A DNA stretch of 64,000 nucleotides from an uncultured Gemmatimonadaceae bacterium. GTDB lineage: Bacteria; Gemmatimonadota; Gemmatimonadetes; Gemmatimonadales; Gemmatimonadaceae. The notes under the pieces were generated by a model. It saw only the letters and a program-made list of their open reading frames with translations. It searched no databases and was not told the origin of the DNA. Below are positions 10,377-24,736 of the stretch, piece by piece; within the stretch, counting starts at the first letter, position 1; every line of letters begins with the position of its first letter. Both the position numbers and the translations under genes were made by a program. Location of the stretch: positions 1 to 64,000 of the forward strand of contig CAWGJO010000017.1 of NCBI GenBank assembly GCA_963822945.1, read 5' to 3'.

Positions 10377-12550
10377 TCAATCGTCGGCCGGAATCCGCTC
10401 CCGCCGCGCGACCTCGCTGATGCCTTTCACGCGCCGCATCGCCTTCACGATCTTCTGCAGGTGCGCCAGATTCTCCACCTCGACCACCACCGAACCCATC
10501 ACCTTCCCGTCGGTGGTGCGGAGGTCGAGGCTCCGGATGTCGGTGCCGGTCGACGTAACGGCGGAGGTCAGATCGGCGTACATCCCGCGGCGGTCGATAC
10601 CCTCGAGGGCCAGACGTACGACGAAGCGCTCGCCTTCCGCCTCCTGCCAGTCGATCTCCAGACGACGTTCCGGTTCGTGCGCGAGCAGGAGCAGGTTGGG
10701 ACAGTCGCCGCGGTGGATGCTGACGCCGCGCCCCCGCGTGACGTAGCCCACCACCGGATCGCCGGGCACCGGTTGGCAGCACTGCGCGTAGCGGACCATG
10801 ATCCCGTCCACGCCCTGGATGCGCACGCCTTTCGGTCCGCGCATCCGGTCCACCAGCCGTTCGATGGCGCTGGGCTTCGTGGCCTCCGTGCCCTCGAGTT
10901 CCGGGAAGATCTGCTTCAGCGCGGCGGCGATCTGGATGTCGCCCTGGCCGATGGACGCGAGCAGATGCGTCTCATCGTTGAGATGCAGGGCCTCGGCCGC
11001 GCGGGCGAGCTGTTCGCCCGAGGGCCGTGAGAGCCGGCGGCGCTTGATCTCGCGGTCGAGAATGTCCTGTCCCAGCTTCGTGGCCGACTGTTGCGCGTCG
11101 CGCTTCAGGACCTGCCGGATCTTGTGGCGGGCGCGGCCGGTGTTCACGTGCGCCAGCCAGTCGCGCGTGGGCCGGGCCGCATTCGACGTGATGATCTCGA
11201 CCGTCTCCGAGTTGCGCAGCGGGCGCGAGAGGGGGGCGATGCGCCCGTTCACGCGCGCCCCCGCGCAGTGCAGCCCGATCTCCGTGTGCACCGCGAAGGC
11301 GAAGTCGATCGGCGTCGCCCCCTTGGGAAGCTGGATCACGTGCCCCGTGGGCGTGAACACGAAGATCTCATCCTGGTACAGGTCGAGCTTCAGGAACTCG
11401 AGGAATTCGTCCGGCGTCTTGGCATCGAGCTGGAGTTCCAGAATCTGGCGGAACCACGTCAGGTGCCGGTCGAGTTCGTCGGCGCTCTTGGCGTCCTCCT
11501 TGTACAGCCAGTGGGCGGCGATGCCGAAGTCGGCCGTGCGGTGCATGTCGCGGGTCCGGATCTGCACCTCGTACAGCTGACGGCCGGGCCCGAACACCGT
11601 CGTGTGCAGCGACTGGTAGCCGTTGGATTTCGGCTGGGCGATGTAATCCTTGATCCGCTCCTGCACCGGCGTCCACCCGTCGTGGATGATGCCGAGGGCG
11701 TGATAGCATTCGGGCACCGTGTTCGACGAGCACGCGGATCGCCAGCAGGTCGTAGATCTCCTCGTACGGTTTCTGCCGCTGGGTCATCTTCTTGTAGATC
11801 GACCACAGGTGCTTGGGGCGGCCCGTGACCTCGGCGTTCGAGATGCCGGCGCCGCCCAGCGCCCGCTCCAGCGGTTCCTTGAATTGGTTGATGAGCTGCT
11901 CGCGCTCCTCGCGCTTCTGCGCGACCTTGCGGGCCAGCGTCTTGTAGCCCTCGGGCTCGAGGTGCTTGAACGCCAGGTCTTCGAGCTCCCACCGCATCTT
12001 CGCCATTCCGAACCGATGCGCGAGCGGGGCGTACAGGTCGCGCGTCTCCTGCGCGATGCGGCGGCGCTTCTCCGGCGGCAGCCACTCCAGCGTCCGCATG
12101 TTGTGCAGCCGGTCCGCGAGCTTGATGATGATCACCCGCGCATCCTTGGCGATCGAGAGCAGCAGCTTGCGGTAGTTCTCGACCTGCCGTTCCTGCGTCG
12201 AGGCGCCCGTCGGCAGCTTGGCGATCTTGGTCAGGCCGTCGACGATGCCGGCCACCTCGGCGCCGAATTCCCGCTCGACGTCGGCCACCGTCATCGTCGG
12301 TGTCCTCGACGACGTCGTGGATGAGGCCGCTCGCCACCGTGGCCGAATCCAGCTGCAGGTCGGCGAGGATCTTCGCCACCTCCACGCAGTGCGTGACGTA
12401 CGGCTCCCCGGAGTTCCGCACCTGGCCCGCGTGGGCCTCGGCGCTGAATCGGTAGGCGTGGGCCAGGAGATCGCGGTCCAGCCGGTCATGGGCCGGGATC
12501 TCGCCGTCGGGCCAGCCGGGGATCACCTCGCGCAGCGCGGTGGCGGTCAC
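10377..12550 (-). CDS. relA: Bifunctional (p)ppGpp synthetase/hydrolase, long RSH (apparent frameshifts near 11724 and 12296)
   Basis: HDVVEDT hydrolase motif, [22 protein letters not shown] domain, CC motif and ACT domain, spread over three frames. Confidence 0.92.
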
Positions 12551-13252
12551 AGCAGCCCCGCTTCGGCGAAGCTCGTGTAGCGGCCCCGGCCGATGATCGA
12601 CGTGGTCGTGCACCGGGATGTCGAGCAGGCGGCCGGCCGCCACCAACTGTTCGGTCACCGCCCGATCGTCCGGCGACGGCATGGGATCACCGCTCGGGTG
12701 ATTGTGCACGAGGATGACCGACGCGGCGCGTTCCGCGATCGCCTCGCGAAACACCTCGCGCGGGTGCACGAGCGAGGAGTTCAGGATCCCGCGCGTGACC
12801 GTCACGTCCCGTTCCAACCGATGCTGCGCATCCAGTACCGCCACGTGAAACTCCTCGACCGGCAAGTCTTCCAACCGCGGGGCGAAGACCGCCACCACGT
12901 CCCGGGGCGACCGCACGGGCGCCCCATCCTCGCGCGCTTCGGCCGACATCCGGCGTCCCAGTTCGAGGGACGCGTGGATCGTCACCGCGCGCACCAATCC
13001 TACCCCACCGACCGCACGTAGAGCCGCCACGGGCTGCATGGCGATGCGTCGCAACGACCCCCCGGCGGCGGCCAGCACGTCTTCGCCGAGCCGAAGCGCC
13101 GATCGGCCCGCGCTGCCGGAGCCGAGGACGATGGCCAACAGTTCGGGCGAGGAAAGAGCACGCGCTCCCAGGTCGATCAACCGTTCCCGCGGGCGCTCAG
13201 AGCGGGGCAACTCATGAATAGTTAGCGCACGAGCCTTCGACTGGCTAGCCAT
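12547..13252 (-). CDS. radC: RadC family JAB-domain protein (apparent frameshift near 12598)
   Basis: ERPRERL, VHPREVF and HNHPSGDPMPSPDD. Removing one base restores [18 protein letters not shown]. Confidence 0.9.
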
Positions 13253-13333
13253 GTGGCGGGTCCTCCGACCGTAGTGCAACGGAAGCCGTTGCCGGGGCGA
13301 AGGATGCATCGCGAAGGCGCGGTGGGCGCCACC

Positions 13334-13402
13334 AAAAGCCCGCCGGTCGTGGCCCTTCCTACGAGCGGCGGAGACCGCCGCGCGCTCGGGAGCGCGCGGC
13401 GG
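13334..13402 (-). terminator. Two tandem hairpins after secA; the second is followed by TTTT
   Basis: CCGCCGCGCGCTC/GAGCGCGCGGCGG at 13375-13402, and a CCGCCG-TCGT/ACGA-CGGCGG stem at 13340-13371 with a T4 tail on the minus strand. Confidence 0.55.
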
Positions 13403-13411
13403 GACACGGGA

Positions 13412-16698
<3,287 letters not shown>

Positions 16699-16702
<4 letters not shown>

Positions 16703-17292
16703 GCAGTCCCCTGTCGGTACAACCCGGCCGTGGCGATGAAGTCCGCCACGGCTGCGGCGACGAATCCGCGAATCGGCCGGCCGCGCGCGACCCGCGTCCG
16801 GATCTCGGTGGCCGAAACGTCCACCCGGCGCGTGTGCAGCCGGACGACGCCCTCCGCCGGAACGCCCGGCGGCACCGCCACGGCGTCGTCTCCGGCCCGG
16901 TGCATCACCGCGATCCGGGCAAGGGTCGCGATCCGCGCCGGTTCCCGCCACTGCGGGAAGGTCGCGAACGCGTCGGCCCCGATGAGGAAGAACCGCTCCG
17001 CATCCGGATACCGTTCCGCAAATGTCGCCAACGTATCAACCGTGTAAGATAATCCCTTTCGCTCGATTTCGATCGCCGACACCGAAAATCGCGGGTCGCC
17101 GTCCACCGCGTAGTGCGTCATGGCCAGGCGCTGCTCCGGCGACGCCACCATCTGCCCCTGCTTGAGAGGCTGGGCCGCAGCCGGGACGAAGACCAGCTGA
17201 TCGAGCCCCAATTCGTCGTAGGCGTCGCTGGCCGCCAGCAGGTGCCCGACGTGGGGCGGGTCGAAGCTGCCCCCGAAGATGCCGAGCCGCAT
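16699..17292 (-). CDS. nadD: Nicotinate-nucleotide adenylyltransferase
   Basis: [18 protein letters not shown] and SATEIR motifs. Confidence 0.95.
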
Positions 17293-17295
17293 GGC

Positions 17296-18096
17296 TCAGC
17301 GGATCGGAGGCGGCGCTCCGGGCGCCTTCGACGTGTCGGCGGGAGCCTTCACCCCGCGGCAGTCGTCCCGGACCTTGCCGTCGTTCGGGTACAGCGAGCG
17401 CATCTGGTTGCAGATGTCGGCCAGGTCGTCGGTGTAGTGGATCTTGCGGTACGACTCGGCCAGGCGGAGCATCGCCAGCCGGGCGTGACCGGTCTCCGGC
17501 CACTTGCTCACGACGTCCTTGAAGTAGAGGATCGCCGAATCCCAGGCGTTGTTCCGGAAATAGAACATGCCCGTGTCGTAGTCCTTGGTCGCGAACCACT
17601 CGTTCAGCTTGGCGATCTGCGTCCGGGCCGAGTCGGCCACGGCGGTGTCTGTCTGCGCGTACAGCTGCAGCAGCATCGTGTACGTCTGCATCGCCGTCAG
17701 CCCGTACGTCTCGTCGAGCGATGGCTTGTGCCAGAGGGACTGGTACGCCCGTCCCGCCGCCAGGTCCGCATGCGGGGCCAGCGAATCGTCGGGAAACGAC
17801 TCGACGAGACGCGAGAACGCCTGGGCCGCCAGCAGGTCGTCGCCCTGCCGGAGATGCGCCATCCCCAGGTACCAATACGACGGCACGAGCAACGTGTCGC
17901 GGATCCCGAGGTCGAGCGTCAGCTTGTCGAATCCGGAGACGGCGTTGTCCCAGTGATGCTTGCGGAATTCGGTGAGCGACGCCTTGTACAGGGCTTCGTT
18001 GGTGGGAAACTTGGTGACGACGAAGGCCGGCCGGCAGGCCGCGGCGGCGAGCCCCAGCGCCAGCGCCGCCACCAGTCCGCGGGTCTGTCGATGCAT
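17296..18096 (-). CDS. bamD: Outer membrane protein assembly lipoprotein BamD (TPR)
   Basis: Lipobox AAAC, TPR-like helices, and LDETYGLTA...FY...AWDSAILYF, a BamD-like pattern. Confidence 0.8.
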   Translation of the reverse strand: MHRQTRGLVAALALGLAAAACRPAFVVTKFPTNEALYKASLTEFRKHHWDNAVSGFDKLTLDLGIRDTLLVPSYWYLGMAHLRQGDDLLAAQAFSRLVESFPDDSLAPHADLAAGRAYQSLWHKPSLDETYGLTAMQTYTMLLQLYAQTDTAVADSARTQIAKLNEWFATKDYDTGMFYFRNNAWDSAILYFKDVVSKWPETGHARLAMLRLAESYRKIHYTDDLADICNQMRSLYPNDGKVRDDCRGVKAPADTSKAPGAPPPIR

Positions 18097-18137
18097 AGAG
18101 TGAGAAACATAATGGGGCACGACCCCGGAGGGCATCC

Positions 18138-19121
18138 TCACGCCCCGGATTTCCCGGCCGGCCGTGGTACCCGCGGCGCCATGCGCGTCGTGCCCATCAG
18201 GGCGCGGAAGTACTCGATGGTGCGTGACAGCCCATCGCGCAGCTCGACCTTCGGTTCCCACTCGAGCATCGTGCGGGCCCGCGTGATGTCGGGCTGGCGG
18301 AGACGGGGGTCGTCCTTCGGCAGCGGCTCATGCACCACCGGCGCCGGGCTCCCGGTCAGCTCCACCACCAGCTCGGCGAGCTGGGTCACCGTGTGTTCCG
18401 TGGGATTCCCGATGTTGGTCGGCTGATGGTCCCCGCGCATGAACAGCCGGAAGATGCCTTCCACCTCGTCTTCGACGTAGCAGAAGCTGCGCGTCTGCCG
18501 GCCCTCCCCGTAGATCGTGATCGGCTCCCCGTTCAGCGCCTGGACGATGAAATTGGACACCACCCGGCCATCGCGCGGACGCATGCGCGGCCCGTACGTA
18601 TTGAAGATGCGCACGATCCGGGTGTCGAGTCCGTGGTAGGTGTGATAGGCCATGGTCATCGCTTCGGCGAACCGTTTCGCCTCATCATAGACACCACGCG
18701 GCCCGACGGGGTTCACGTTTCCCCAGTATGTCTCCTTCTGGGGGTGCTCCAGGGGGTCGCCGTACACCTCCGAGGTGGAGGCGATGAGGAATCGGGCGCC
18801 CTTGGCCATGGCCAGCCCCAGGGCGTTGTGCGTCCCCAGGGAGCCGACTTTCAGCGTCTGGATGGGCAGTTCCAGGTAGTCCACCGGACTCGCCGGCGAC
18901 GCGAAGTGCAGCACCCCATCGACGTCGCCCGGCACGTACATGAACGTCGAGACGTCGTGGCGGATGAGCGAGAACCGGTCGTTGCCCATCAGATGGGCGA
19001 TGTTGTCCGGATGGCCGGTCACGAAGTTGTCGATCCCCACCACGGTGTGGCCGTCGGCGAGGAACCGGTCGCACAGATGCGAACCGAGAAAGCCGGCGGC
19101 TCCGGTGATGACGATTCTCAC
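18138..19121 (-). CDS. UDP-glucuronate decarboxylase (UDP-xylose synthase family)
   Basis: [36 protein letters not shown]. Confidence 0.92.
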   Translation of the reverse strand: MRIVITGAAGFLGSHLCDRFLADGHTVVGIDNFVTGHPDNIAHLMGNDRFSLIRHDVSTFMYVPGDVDGVLHFASPASPVDYLELPIQTLKVGSLGTHNALGLAMAKGARFLIASTSEVYGDPLEHPQKETYWGNVNPVGPRGVYDEAKRFAEAMTMAYHTYHGLDTRIVRIFNTYGPRMRPRDGRVVSNFIVQALNGEPITIYGEGRQTRSFCYVEDEVEGIFRLFMRGDHQPTNIGNPTEHTVTQLAELVVELTGSPAPVVHEPLPKDDPRLRQPDITRARTMLEWEPKVELRDGLSRTIEYFRALMGTTRMAPRVPRPAGKSGA

Positions 19122-20428
19122 GAGGCGGGCCTCCGTCCGATGGACGCGTACGAGAATCCCTGGGCGCGCATCTTGGCGGGATCATAGAGGTTGCGGCCGT
19201 CGACGACGATCGGCCGCTTGAGGGCCTGTTTGATACGCGCGAAGTCGGGGTGGCGATACTCGTTCCAGTCGGTGACGACGACCAGGGCATCGCATCCGTC
19301 GAGCGCCGCGTACCCGGTCTCGGCGTAGCCGATGCGGTCGCCGATCCGGCGCCGCGCTTCCTCCATCGCCACCGGATCGTGCGCGGTGACCCGCGCGCCG
19401 GCGTCGAGCAGCGCCGCGATCAGGACCAGCGCCGGCGCTTCCCGCATGTCGTCGGTGTTGGGCTTGAATGCCAGGCCCCACACCGCCACGTGCGCTCCGC
19501 GCAGTTCGTCGCCCAGCAGCGCTTGCAGCTTCTCGAACAGCCGGTGCTTCTGCCGGTCGTTCACCTGCTCCACCGATTCGAGGATCGCCAGGGGCGCGTC
19601 GAAGTCGTGTCCGGTGCGGACCAGCGCCTTCACGTCCTTCGGAAAACAGGACCCGCCGTACCCCGGCCCCGGGAAGAGGAACGCCGGGCCGATCCGCTCG
19701 TCGCTGCCGATGCCCTTGCGCACCAGGTCCACGTTGGCGCCGACCCGTTCGCACAGATTCGCGATCTCGTTCATGAACGAGATGCGCGTCGCCAGCATGG
19801 CATTGGCGGCGTACTTGGTCATCTCGGCGGACGGGATGTCCATGAAGATGATGGGCTTCCCGGTGCGCACGAACGGGGCGTACAGCTCCGCCATCACACT
19901 GCGGGCGTGGTCCGTGTCGACCCCGATCACGACGCGGTCCGGCTTCATGAAGTCGTCCACCGCCGCGCCTTCCTTGAGGAACTCGGGGTTGCTGCAAATG
20001 TGGTACGGCAGCTGGGCGTGCGGCGCGATGGCCGCCGAGACCTTGGCCGCCGTGCCCACCGGCACGGTGGACTTGGTGACCACCACCAACTCCCGCGTCA
20101 TGTGCTTGCCGATCTGCGTGGCCACGTCCAGGACGTGGCGCAGGTCCGCGGAGCCGTCCTCATCGGGCGGCGTACCGACCGCGATGAACACCACGTCCGC
20201 GTCGGCGATGCTCGCCCCCACGTCCGCGCTGAACTGCAACCGCCCCGCCTGCTGGTTCCGCGCCACGTACGCGTCGAGTCCCGGCTCGTAGATCGGCAGC
20301 ACGTTGCGTTGCAGCCGTTCGATCTTCCCGGCATCCACGTCCGCGCAACGCACCGTATTCCCGGTCTCGGCCAGGCATGCCCCGACCACGAGGCCCACGT
20401 ATCCCGTGCCAACGACGGTGATGTTCAT
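19118..20428 (-). CDS. ugd: UDP-glucose 6-dehydrogenase
   Basis: [25 protein letters not shown] and [11 protein letters not shown]. Confidence 0.95.
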   Translation of the reverse strand: MNITVVGTGYVGLVVGACLAETGNTVRCADVDAGKIERLQRNVLPIYEPGLDAYVARNQQAGRLQFSADVGASIADADVVFIAVGTPPDEDGSADLRHVLDVATQIGKHMTRELVVVTKSTVPVGTAAKVSAAIAPHAQLPYHICSNPEFLKEGAAVDDFMKPDRVVIGVDTDHARSVMAELYAPFVRTGKPIIFMDIPSAEMTKYAANAMLATRISFMNEIANLCERVGANVDLVRKGIGSDERIGPAFLFPGPGYGGSCFPKDVKALVRTGHDFDAPLAILESVEQVNDRQKHRLFEKLQALLGDELRGAHVAVWGLAFKPNTDDMREAPALVLIAALLDAGARVTAHDPVAMEEARRRIGDRIGYAETGYAALDGCDALVVVTDWNEYRHPDFARIKQALKRPIVVDGRNLYDPAKMRAQGFSYASIGRRPAS

Positions 20429-20464
20429 GCCGATCCCGTTGAGTGCACGCGGCCCGCCGCCGCG

Positions 20465-21817
20465 TCAGGCACCGGCGGCCGCCGGTTCGTCGGGCTCGCG
20501 CACGGTGGCCAGCGAGAGCACCCGCGCCCGCGATGGGCGCGTGCGCACCGTCGCATTGCGCGAATCCACCACCAGATCCGTGTGATCCACGAGCCACTGA
20601 TAGTCCACCGCGCTGTGATCGGTGACGATCACGACGGCATCGGCCGCGTCGAGCTCCTGCTCGGTTAGGGGCACGCTGAACATCTCGTGGTCGTCCTCGC
20701 GCACCATGTTGATGTGCGGATCGTGGAACACCACCTCGGCGCCGTTGGACTGCAGCAACCGGATCACGTCCAGCGCCGGACTCTCGCGCACGTCGTCGAT
20801 GTCCTTCTTGTACGCCACCCCGAGCACCAGGACGCGGCTGCCGTTCACCGCCTTCCGACGGTCGTTGAGGGCCTGCGCGACCTTCTCGACCACGAACGCC
20901 GGCATCTGGCTGTTGATCTCGCTCGCCAGATCGATGAACCGCGTCTTGTAGTTGAGCGTCCGCATCTTCCAGGCGAGGTAGTGCGGATCGAGCGGAATGC
21001 AGTGCCCGCCGATTCCGGGACCGGGCGTGAACTTCATGAACCCGAACGGCTTCGTCGCCGCCGCCTCGATCACCTCCCACACATCGACGCCCAGCTTGTC
21101 GCAGACGATCGCCATCTCGTTCGCCAGCCCGATGTTGACCGACCGGAAGGTGTTCTCCAGCAGCTTCGTCAATTCCGCCGTCTCGGCACTGGTCACTTCG
21201 ACCACCGTTTCGATGCAGACGCGGTAGAGCGCCGCCGCCACCTCACTGCACGCCGCCGTCACGCCGCCCACCACCTTGGGCGTGTTGCTCGTGTGATACC
21301 GGGGATTGCCGGGATCCACGCGCTCCGGGCTGAACGCCAGGAAGACGTCCTCGCCGACCACGAGTCCCGTACGTTCGAGCACCGGCTTCAGCAGTTCGCG
21401 CGTCGTGCCCGGATACGTCGTGCTCTCGAGCACCACCACCTGCCCCTTCCGCACGTGGCGGCCGATCGTCTCGGCGGCCGACAGCACGTAGCTCATGTCC
21501 GGATCGCGCGTCTTCACGAGCGGCGTCGGCACGGCGATCGAAATCGCATCGACCTCGCCCAGGCGGCTCTCGTCCGTCGTCGCGACGAAGGTGCCGGCCT
21601 TCACCAGCGCCGCCACGTCCGCCGCGGGCACGTCCTGAATATGGGACTCCCCGCGGTTGAGCAATGCCACCACGCGGTCACTCACGTCATAGCCCACCAC
21701 GCGAAGCCCCGCCTTGGCGAACTCGACGGCCAGAGGAAGGCCCACGTATCCCAGTCCGATGATCCCAACCACGGCCTCTCGCCGTTCGATCTTGTCCAGC
21801 AGCGCGCGTTTCGACAT
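20465..21817 (-). CDS. UDP-N-acetylglucosamine 6-dehydrogenase (WbpA/WecC-like)
   Basis: GLGYVG, FSPERVDPGN, KLLENTFR and GGHCIPLDP. Confidence 0.88.
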   Translation of the reverse strand: MSKRALLDKIERREAVVGIIGLGYVGLPLAVEFAKAGLRVVGYDVSDRVVALLNRGESHIQDVPAADVAALVKAGTFVATTDESRLGEVDAISIAVPTPLVKTRDPDMSYVLSAAETIGRHVRKGQVVVLESTTYPGTTRELLKPVLERTGLVVGEDVFLAFSPERVDPGNPRYHTSNTPKVVGGVTAACSEVAAALYRVCIETVVEVTSAETAELTKLLENTFRSVNIGLANEMAIVCDKLGVDVWEVIEAAATKPFGFMKFTPGPGIGGHCIPLDPHYLAWKMRTLNYKTRFIDLASEINSQMPAFVVEKVAQALNDRRKAVNGSRVLVLGVAYKKDIDDVRESPALDVIRLLQSNGAEVVFHDPHINMVREDDHEMFSVPLTEQELDAADAVVIVTDHSAVDYQWLVDHTDLVVDSRNATVRTRPSRARVLSLATVREPDEPAAAGA

Positions 21818-21822
21818 GTGAG

Positions 21823-22941
21823 TTAGTGAGCGTAGAAGGATTTGACCGCCGCCACCACTTCATCCAACTGTCCGTTCGTCAATTCCGGATAGATCGGAAG
21901 CGACAAGACCTCGTGAGCCGCCTGCTCGGACACCGGACATGCGCCGGCCTGATAGCCCAGATACGCGAAGCACGGCTGCAGGTGCAGCGGCAGGGGGTAG
22001 TACACCGAGGTGCCGATCCCCTTGCCCTTGAGGTACGCCTGCAGTTCGTCCCGCCGTTGGGCGCGAATGGTGTACTGGTTGAAGATCGACTCGTTTTCCG
22101 GGGTCACCGTCGGGGGCTTCACCTCGGCCACGTCGGCGAGTGCCCGGGTGTAGTGCCCGGCGTTCTGACGACGCTTGGCGCTCCACGCGGCCAGGTGTGG
22201 CAGCTTGGCCGACAGGATGACGGCCTGCAGCGCGTCGAGGCGGCTGTTGTAGCCGACTTCGTCATGGAAGTACTGCCGCGACCCGCCGTGCATCCGCAGC
22301 CGCTTCAGCCGCTCGGCCAGCGCCTGGTCCTGGGTCACCATCATGCCGCCGTCGCCGTAGCCACCCAGATTCTTCGATGGGAAGAAGCTGAAGGTGCCGA
22401 TCGTCGCGGCCTCACCCGCCATGCGCCACTCGCCATCGATCTTCCGGCGCGCACCGATGGACTGGGCCGCATCCTCGATCACCGGGATGCCCTTGGCGAC
22501 GTTCATGATCGCCTCGATCGGCGCGATCTGTCCGAACAGATCCACGGGAACGATCGCCTTCGTGCGCGGCGTGATGGCGGCGGCGACCGCCTCCACGGAG
22601 ATGTTGAACGTGTCGGGGTCGATATCCACGAACACGGGGGTGGCGCCGACGTTGTGGATGGTGCCCGCCGTGGCGAAGAACGTGAACGGCGTCGTGATGA
22701 CTTCGTCCCCGGGACCGACGTCGAGCGCCCGAAGGGCCAACAGCAGGGCGTCCGTGCCGCTGGCGCAGCCGACGGCATACGCAGTGTGCGACAGCTCGGC
22801 CACTTCGGCCTCGAGCCGCTCCACCGGAGCGCCAAGGATGAACAGCTGGGAATCGACCAACTCGAGCAGCGGCTTCACGATCTCATCCTTGATCGCGGCA
22901 TGCTGGGCTCTGAGGTCAAGCAGAGGAACTGGCATCGTCAA
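21823..22941 (-). CDS. DegT/DnrJ/EryC1/StrS PLP sugar aminotransferase (WbpE-like)
   Basis: SGTDAL, EDAAQ, SFFPSKNLGGYGDGG and NSRLD. The true start may be the ATG at 22935. Confidence 0.9.
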   Translation of the reverse strand: MTMPVPLLDLRAQHAAIKDEIVKPLLELVDSQLFILGAPVERLEAEVAELSHTAYAVGCASGTDALLLALRALDVGPGDEVITTPFTFFATAGTIHNVGATPVFVDIDPDTFNISVEAVAAAITPRTKAIVPVDLFGQIAPIEAIMNVAKGIPVIEDAAQSIGARRKIDGEWRMAGEAATIGTFSFFPSKNLGGYGDGGMMVTQDQALAERLKRLRMHGGSRQYFHDEVGYNSRLDALQAVILSAKLPHLAAWSAKRRQNAGHYTRALADVAEVKPPTVTPENESIFNQYTIRAQRRDELQAYLKGKGIGTSVYYPLPLHLQPCFAYLGYQAGACPVSEQAAHEVLSLPIYPELTNGQLDEVVAAVKSFYAH

Positions 22942-23091
22942 ATAGGGAAATGCCCGCCAGGCGGGCCATGGTCTTCTCTTCGTGAAAGTGGCGCAAGTGT
23001 AACTGCCACTGAAACTTCGCCGTTACGCGCGCGGAGGTCAATCGGCGATGGTACGACTCGCCCCAAGGTCCGCTCGTCACGGGTCCAGCCG

Positions 23092-24141
23092 TCAGTCACG
23101 CCCCCCTCCCTTCAACGGCAGGGGAACCGTTTCCCCGGTTTTCGCGGACTCGTAGATGGCGAGGATCAGTTCCAGCGACTTTCGGCCCGCCCGTCCGTCC
23201 GTGTCCGGCGTGCCCTCGCCCCGCAGGGTCGCCAACACGTTCTGGTAGTAACCCAAGTGGCCGAAGCCGTAGACGTTGGGTGGACTCGTGCTCACCGAGT
23301 CCACGAGCTTGTCGTCGTCGTCGTACTCGGCAAAGGCCCAGTGCTCCACCTTGTTCACCGCCGTGCCGCCGATCTTCACCGACCCCTTCTCCCCGAGGAT
23401 GGTGATCGACCCTTCGAGGTTGCGCGGGTAGGTGAGCACGTTCACCTCGATGACGCCCAGGGCGCCCGAGCGGAACTTGAGGACGGCCGCCCCCGAATCC
23501 TCCGCCTCGATCCGCCGCGCCTGCGTGGCCGTCTTCGCGACGACGCTCTCCACGGGACCCACCAGCCACTGGACCAGATCGACGTAGTGCGAGGCCTGGT
23601 TCATGATCGCCCCGCCGTCGAATTCCCAGGTGCCGCGCCAGGGGGCGGCGTCGTAGTACTCCTGGGGCCGTTGCCACCGGACGGTCACGTTGGCCATGTA
23701 GATGCGGCCGAACCGCCCCTTGTCCACGGCCCGACGCAGTAGCTGGATGGACGGATTGAGCCGGTTCTGTTTGACGACGAACAGCCGCACCCCGGAGGCG
23801 TCGCAGGCCTCGACCAGGTCGTCCGCCGCCTTGAGGGTGGTCGCCATCGGCTTCTCGCTGAGGACGTGCTTCCCGGCCCGCGCCGCCAGGACTCCCTGCG
23901 GCCCATGGAGGCCCGACGGCGTACAGAGGGCCACGACATCGCAGGGCGCCTCGCGCAGCGTCTCTTCCAGCGACGTGAACCACGGCACCCCGTGCCCCTC
24001 GCCGGCGGCACGCGCGCGCTCCGCATCGATGTCGCAGACCGCCGAGAGCCGGAGGCCGTCGGTCTGATCGATGGCGTCGAAGTGGTTCTTGCTGATGCGC
24101 CCGCATCCCACGAGCGCCACGTCGAAAGTCCGTTGAGTCAT
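23092..24141 (-). CDS. Gfo/Idh/MocA oxidoreductase (WbpB/WlbA-like sugar 3-dehydrogenase)
   Basis: GCGRIS, TPSGLH, EKPM, VKQNRLN and DGGAIMNQASHYVD. Confidence 0.88.
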   Translation of the reverse strand: MTQRTFDVALVGCGRISKNHFDAIDQTDGLRLSAVCDIDAERARAAGEGHGVPWFTSLEETLREAPCDVVALCTPSGLHGPQGVLAARAGKHVLSEKPMATTLKAADDLVEACDASGVRLFVVKQNRLNPSIQLLRRAVDKGRFGRIYMANVTVRWQRPQEYYDAAPWRGTWEFDGGAIMNQASHYVDLVQWLVGPVESVVAKTATQARRIEAEDSGAAVLKFRSGALGVIEVNVLTYPRNLEGSITILGEKGSVKIGGTAVNKVEHWAFAEYDDDDKLVDSVSTSPPNVYGFGHLGYYQNVLATLRGEGTPDTDGRAGRKSLELILAIYESAKTGETVPLPLKGGGRD

Positions 24142-24151
24142 GGGCGGTCGC

Positions 24152-24736
24152 TCAGGCGCCAGGGGCGGCGATGGGGCGGATCCCGTCACCGTGTCGTTCG
24201 TAGACGGCGCCACAGCCCGCGCAGCGGCCCTCACCGCTGTCCGGCAGGCGTTCGCCGCACTGACACATCCAGCCGATGCGCCGGCCGGGCACGCCGGCGA
24301 TCAGCGCGTACGCGGGCACGTCACGGGTGACCACCGCGCCCGCCCCGATGAAGGCGTACTCGCCCAGCGTCACCCCGCACACGATGGTCGCGTTGGCGCC
24401 GATCGAGGCGCCGCGTTTCACGTGCGTGGTCCGGTACTCGTGCTTGCGCGACACGTGGCTGCGCGGATTCACGACGTTGGTGAACACCATGGAAGGTCCA
24501 CAGAACACGTCGTCGTCCAGGACCACCCCTTCGTAGATCGAGACGTTGTTCTGGATCTTCACGTTGTGGCCGATCTGAACGCCGTTCATCACCACCACGT
24601 TCTGCCCCAGGCTGCACCGCTCGCCGATCACGGCGCCCCCCATCACGTGACAGAAGTGCCAGATCCGGGTGCCGCGACCGATCTGGGCGCCCTCGTCCAC
24701 GTAGGCGGATTCGTGAATGAATAGCGTTTCGCTCAT
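24152..24736 (-). CDS. Hexapeptide N-acetyltransferase (WbpD/WlbB-like)
   Basis: [29 protein letters not shown] and a C-terminal CxC...CxxC. Confidence 0.9.
   Translation of the reverse strand: MSETLFIHESAYVDEGAQIGRGTRIWHFCHVMGGAVIGERCSLGQNVVVMNGVQIGHNVKIQNNVSIYEGVVLDDDVFCGPSMVFTNVVNPRSHVSRKHEYRTTHVKRGASIGANATIVCGVTLGEYAFIGAGAVVTRDVPAYALIAGVPGRRIGWMCQCGERLPDSGEGRCAGCGAVYERHGDGIRPIAAPGA

Noticed and set aside
13276..13292. Sigma54 promoter or a known LexA box upstream of radC
   Set aside because: The GG-to-GC spacing is not 10 nt, and the palindrome does not match the LexA consensus sequences I know.
11459..13309. Apparent RadC-Rel fusion ORF of 616 aa
   Set aside because: Created by a one-base insertion near 12598. 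Repair restores a normal RadC end whose stop overlaps the rel start.
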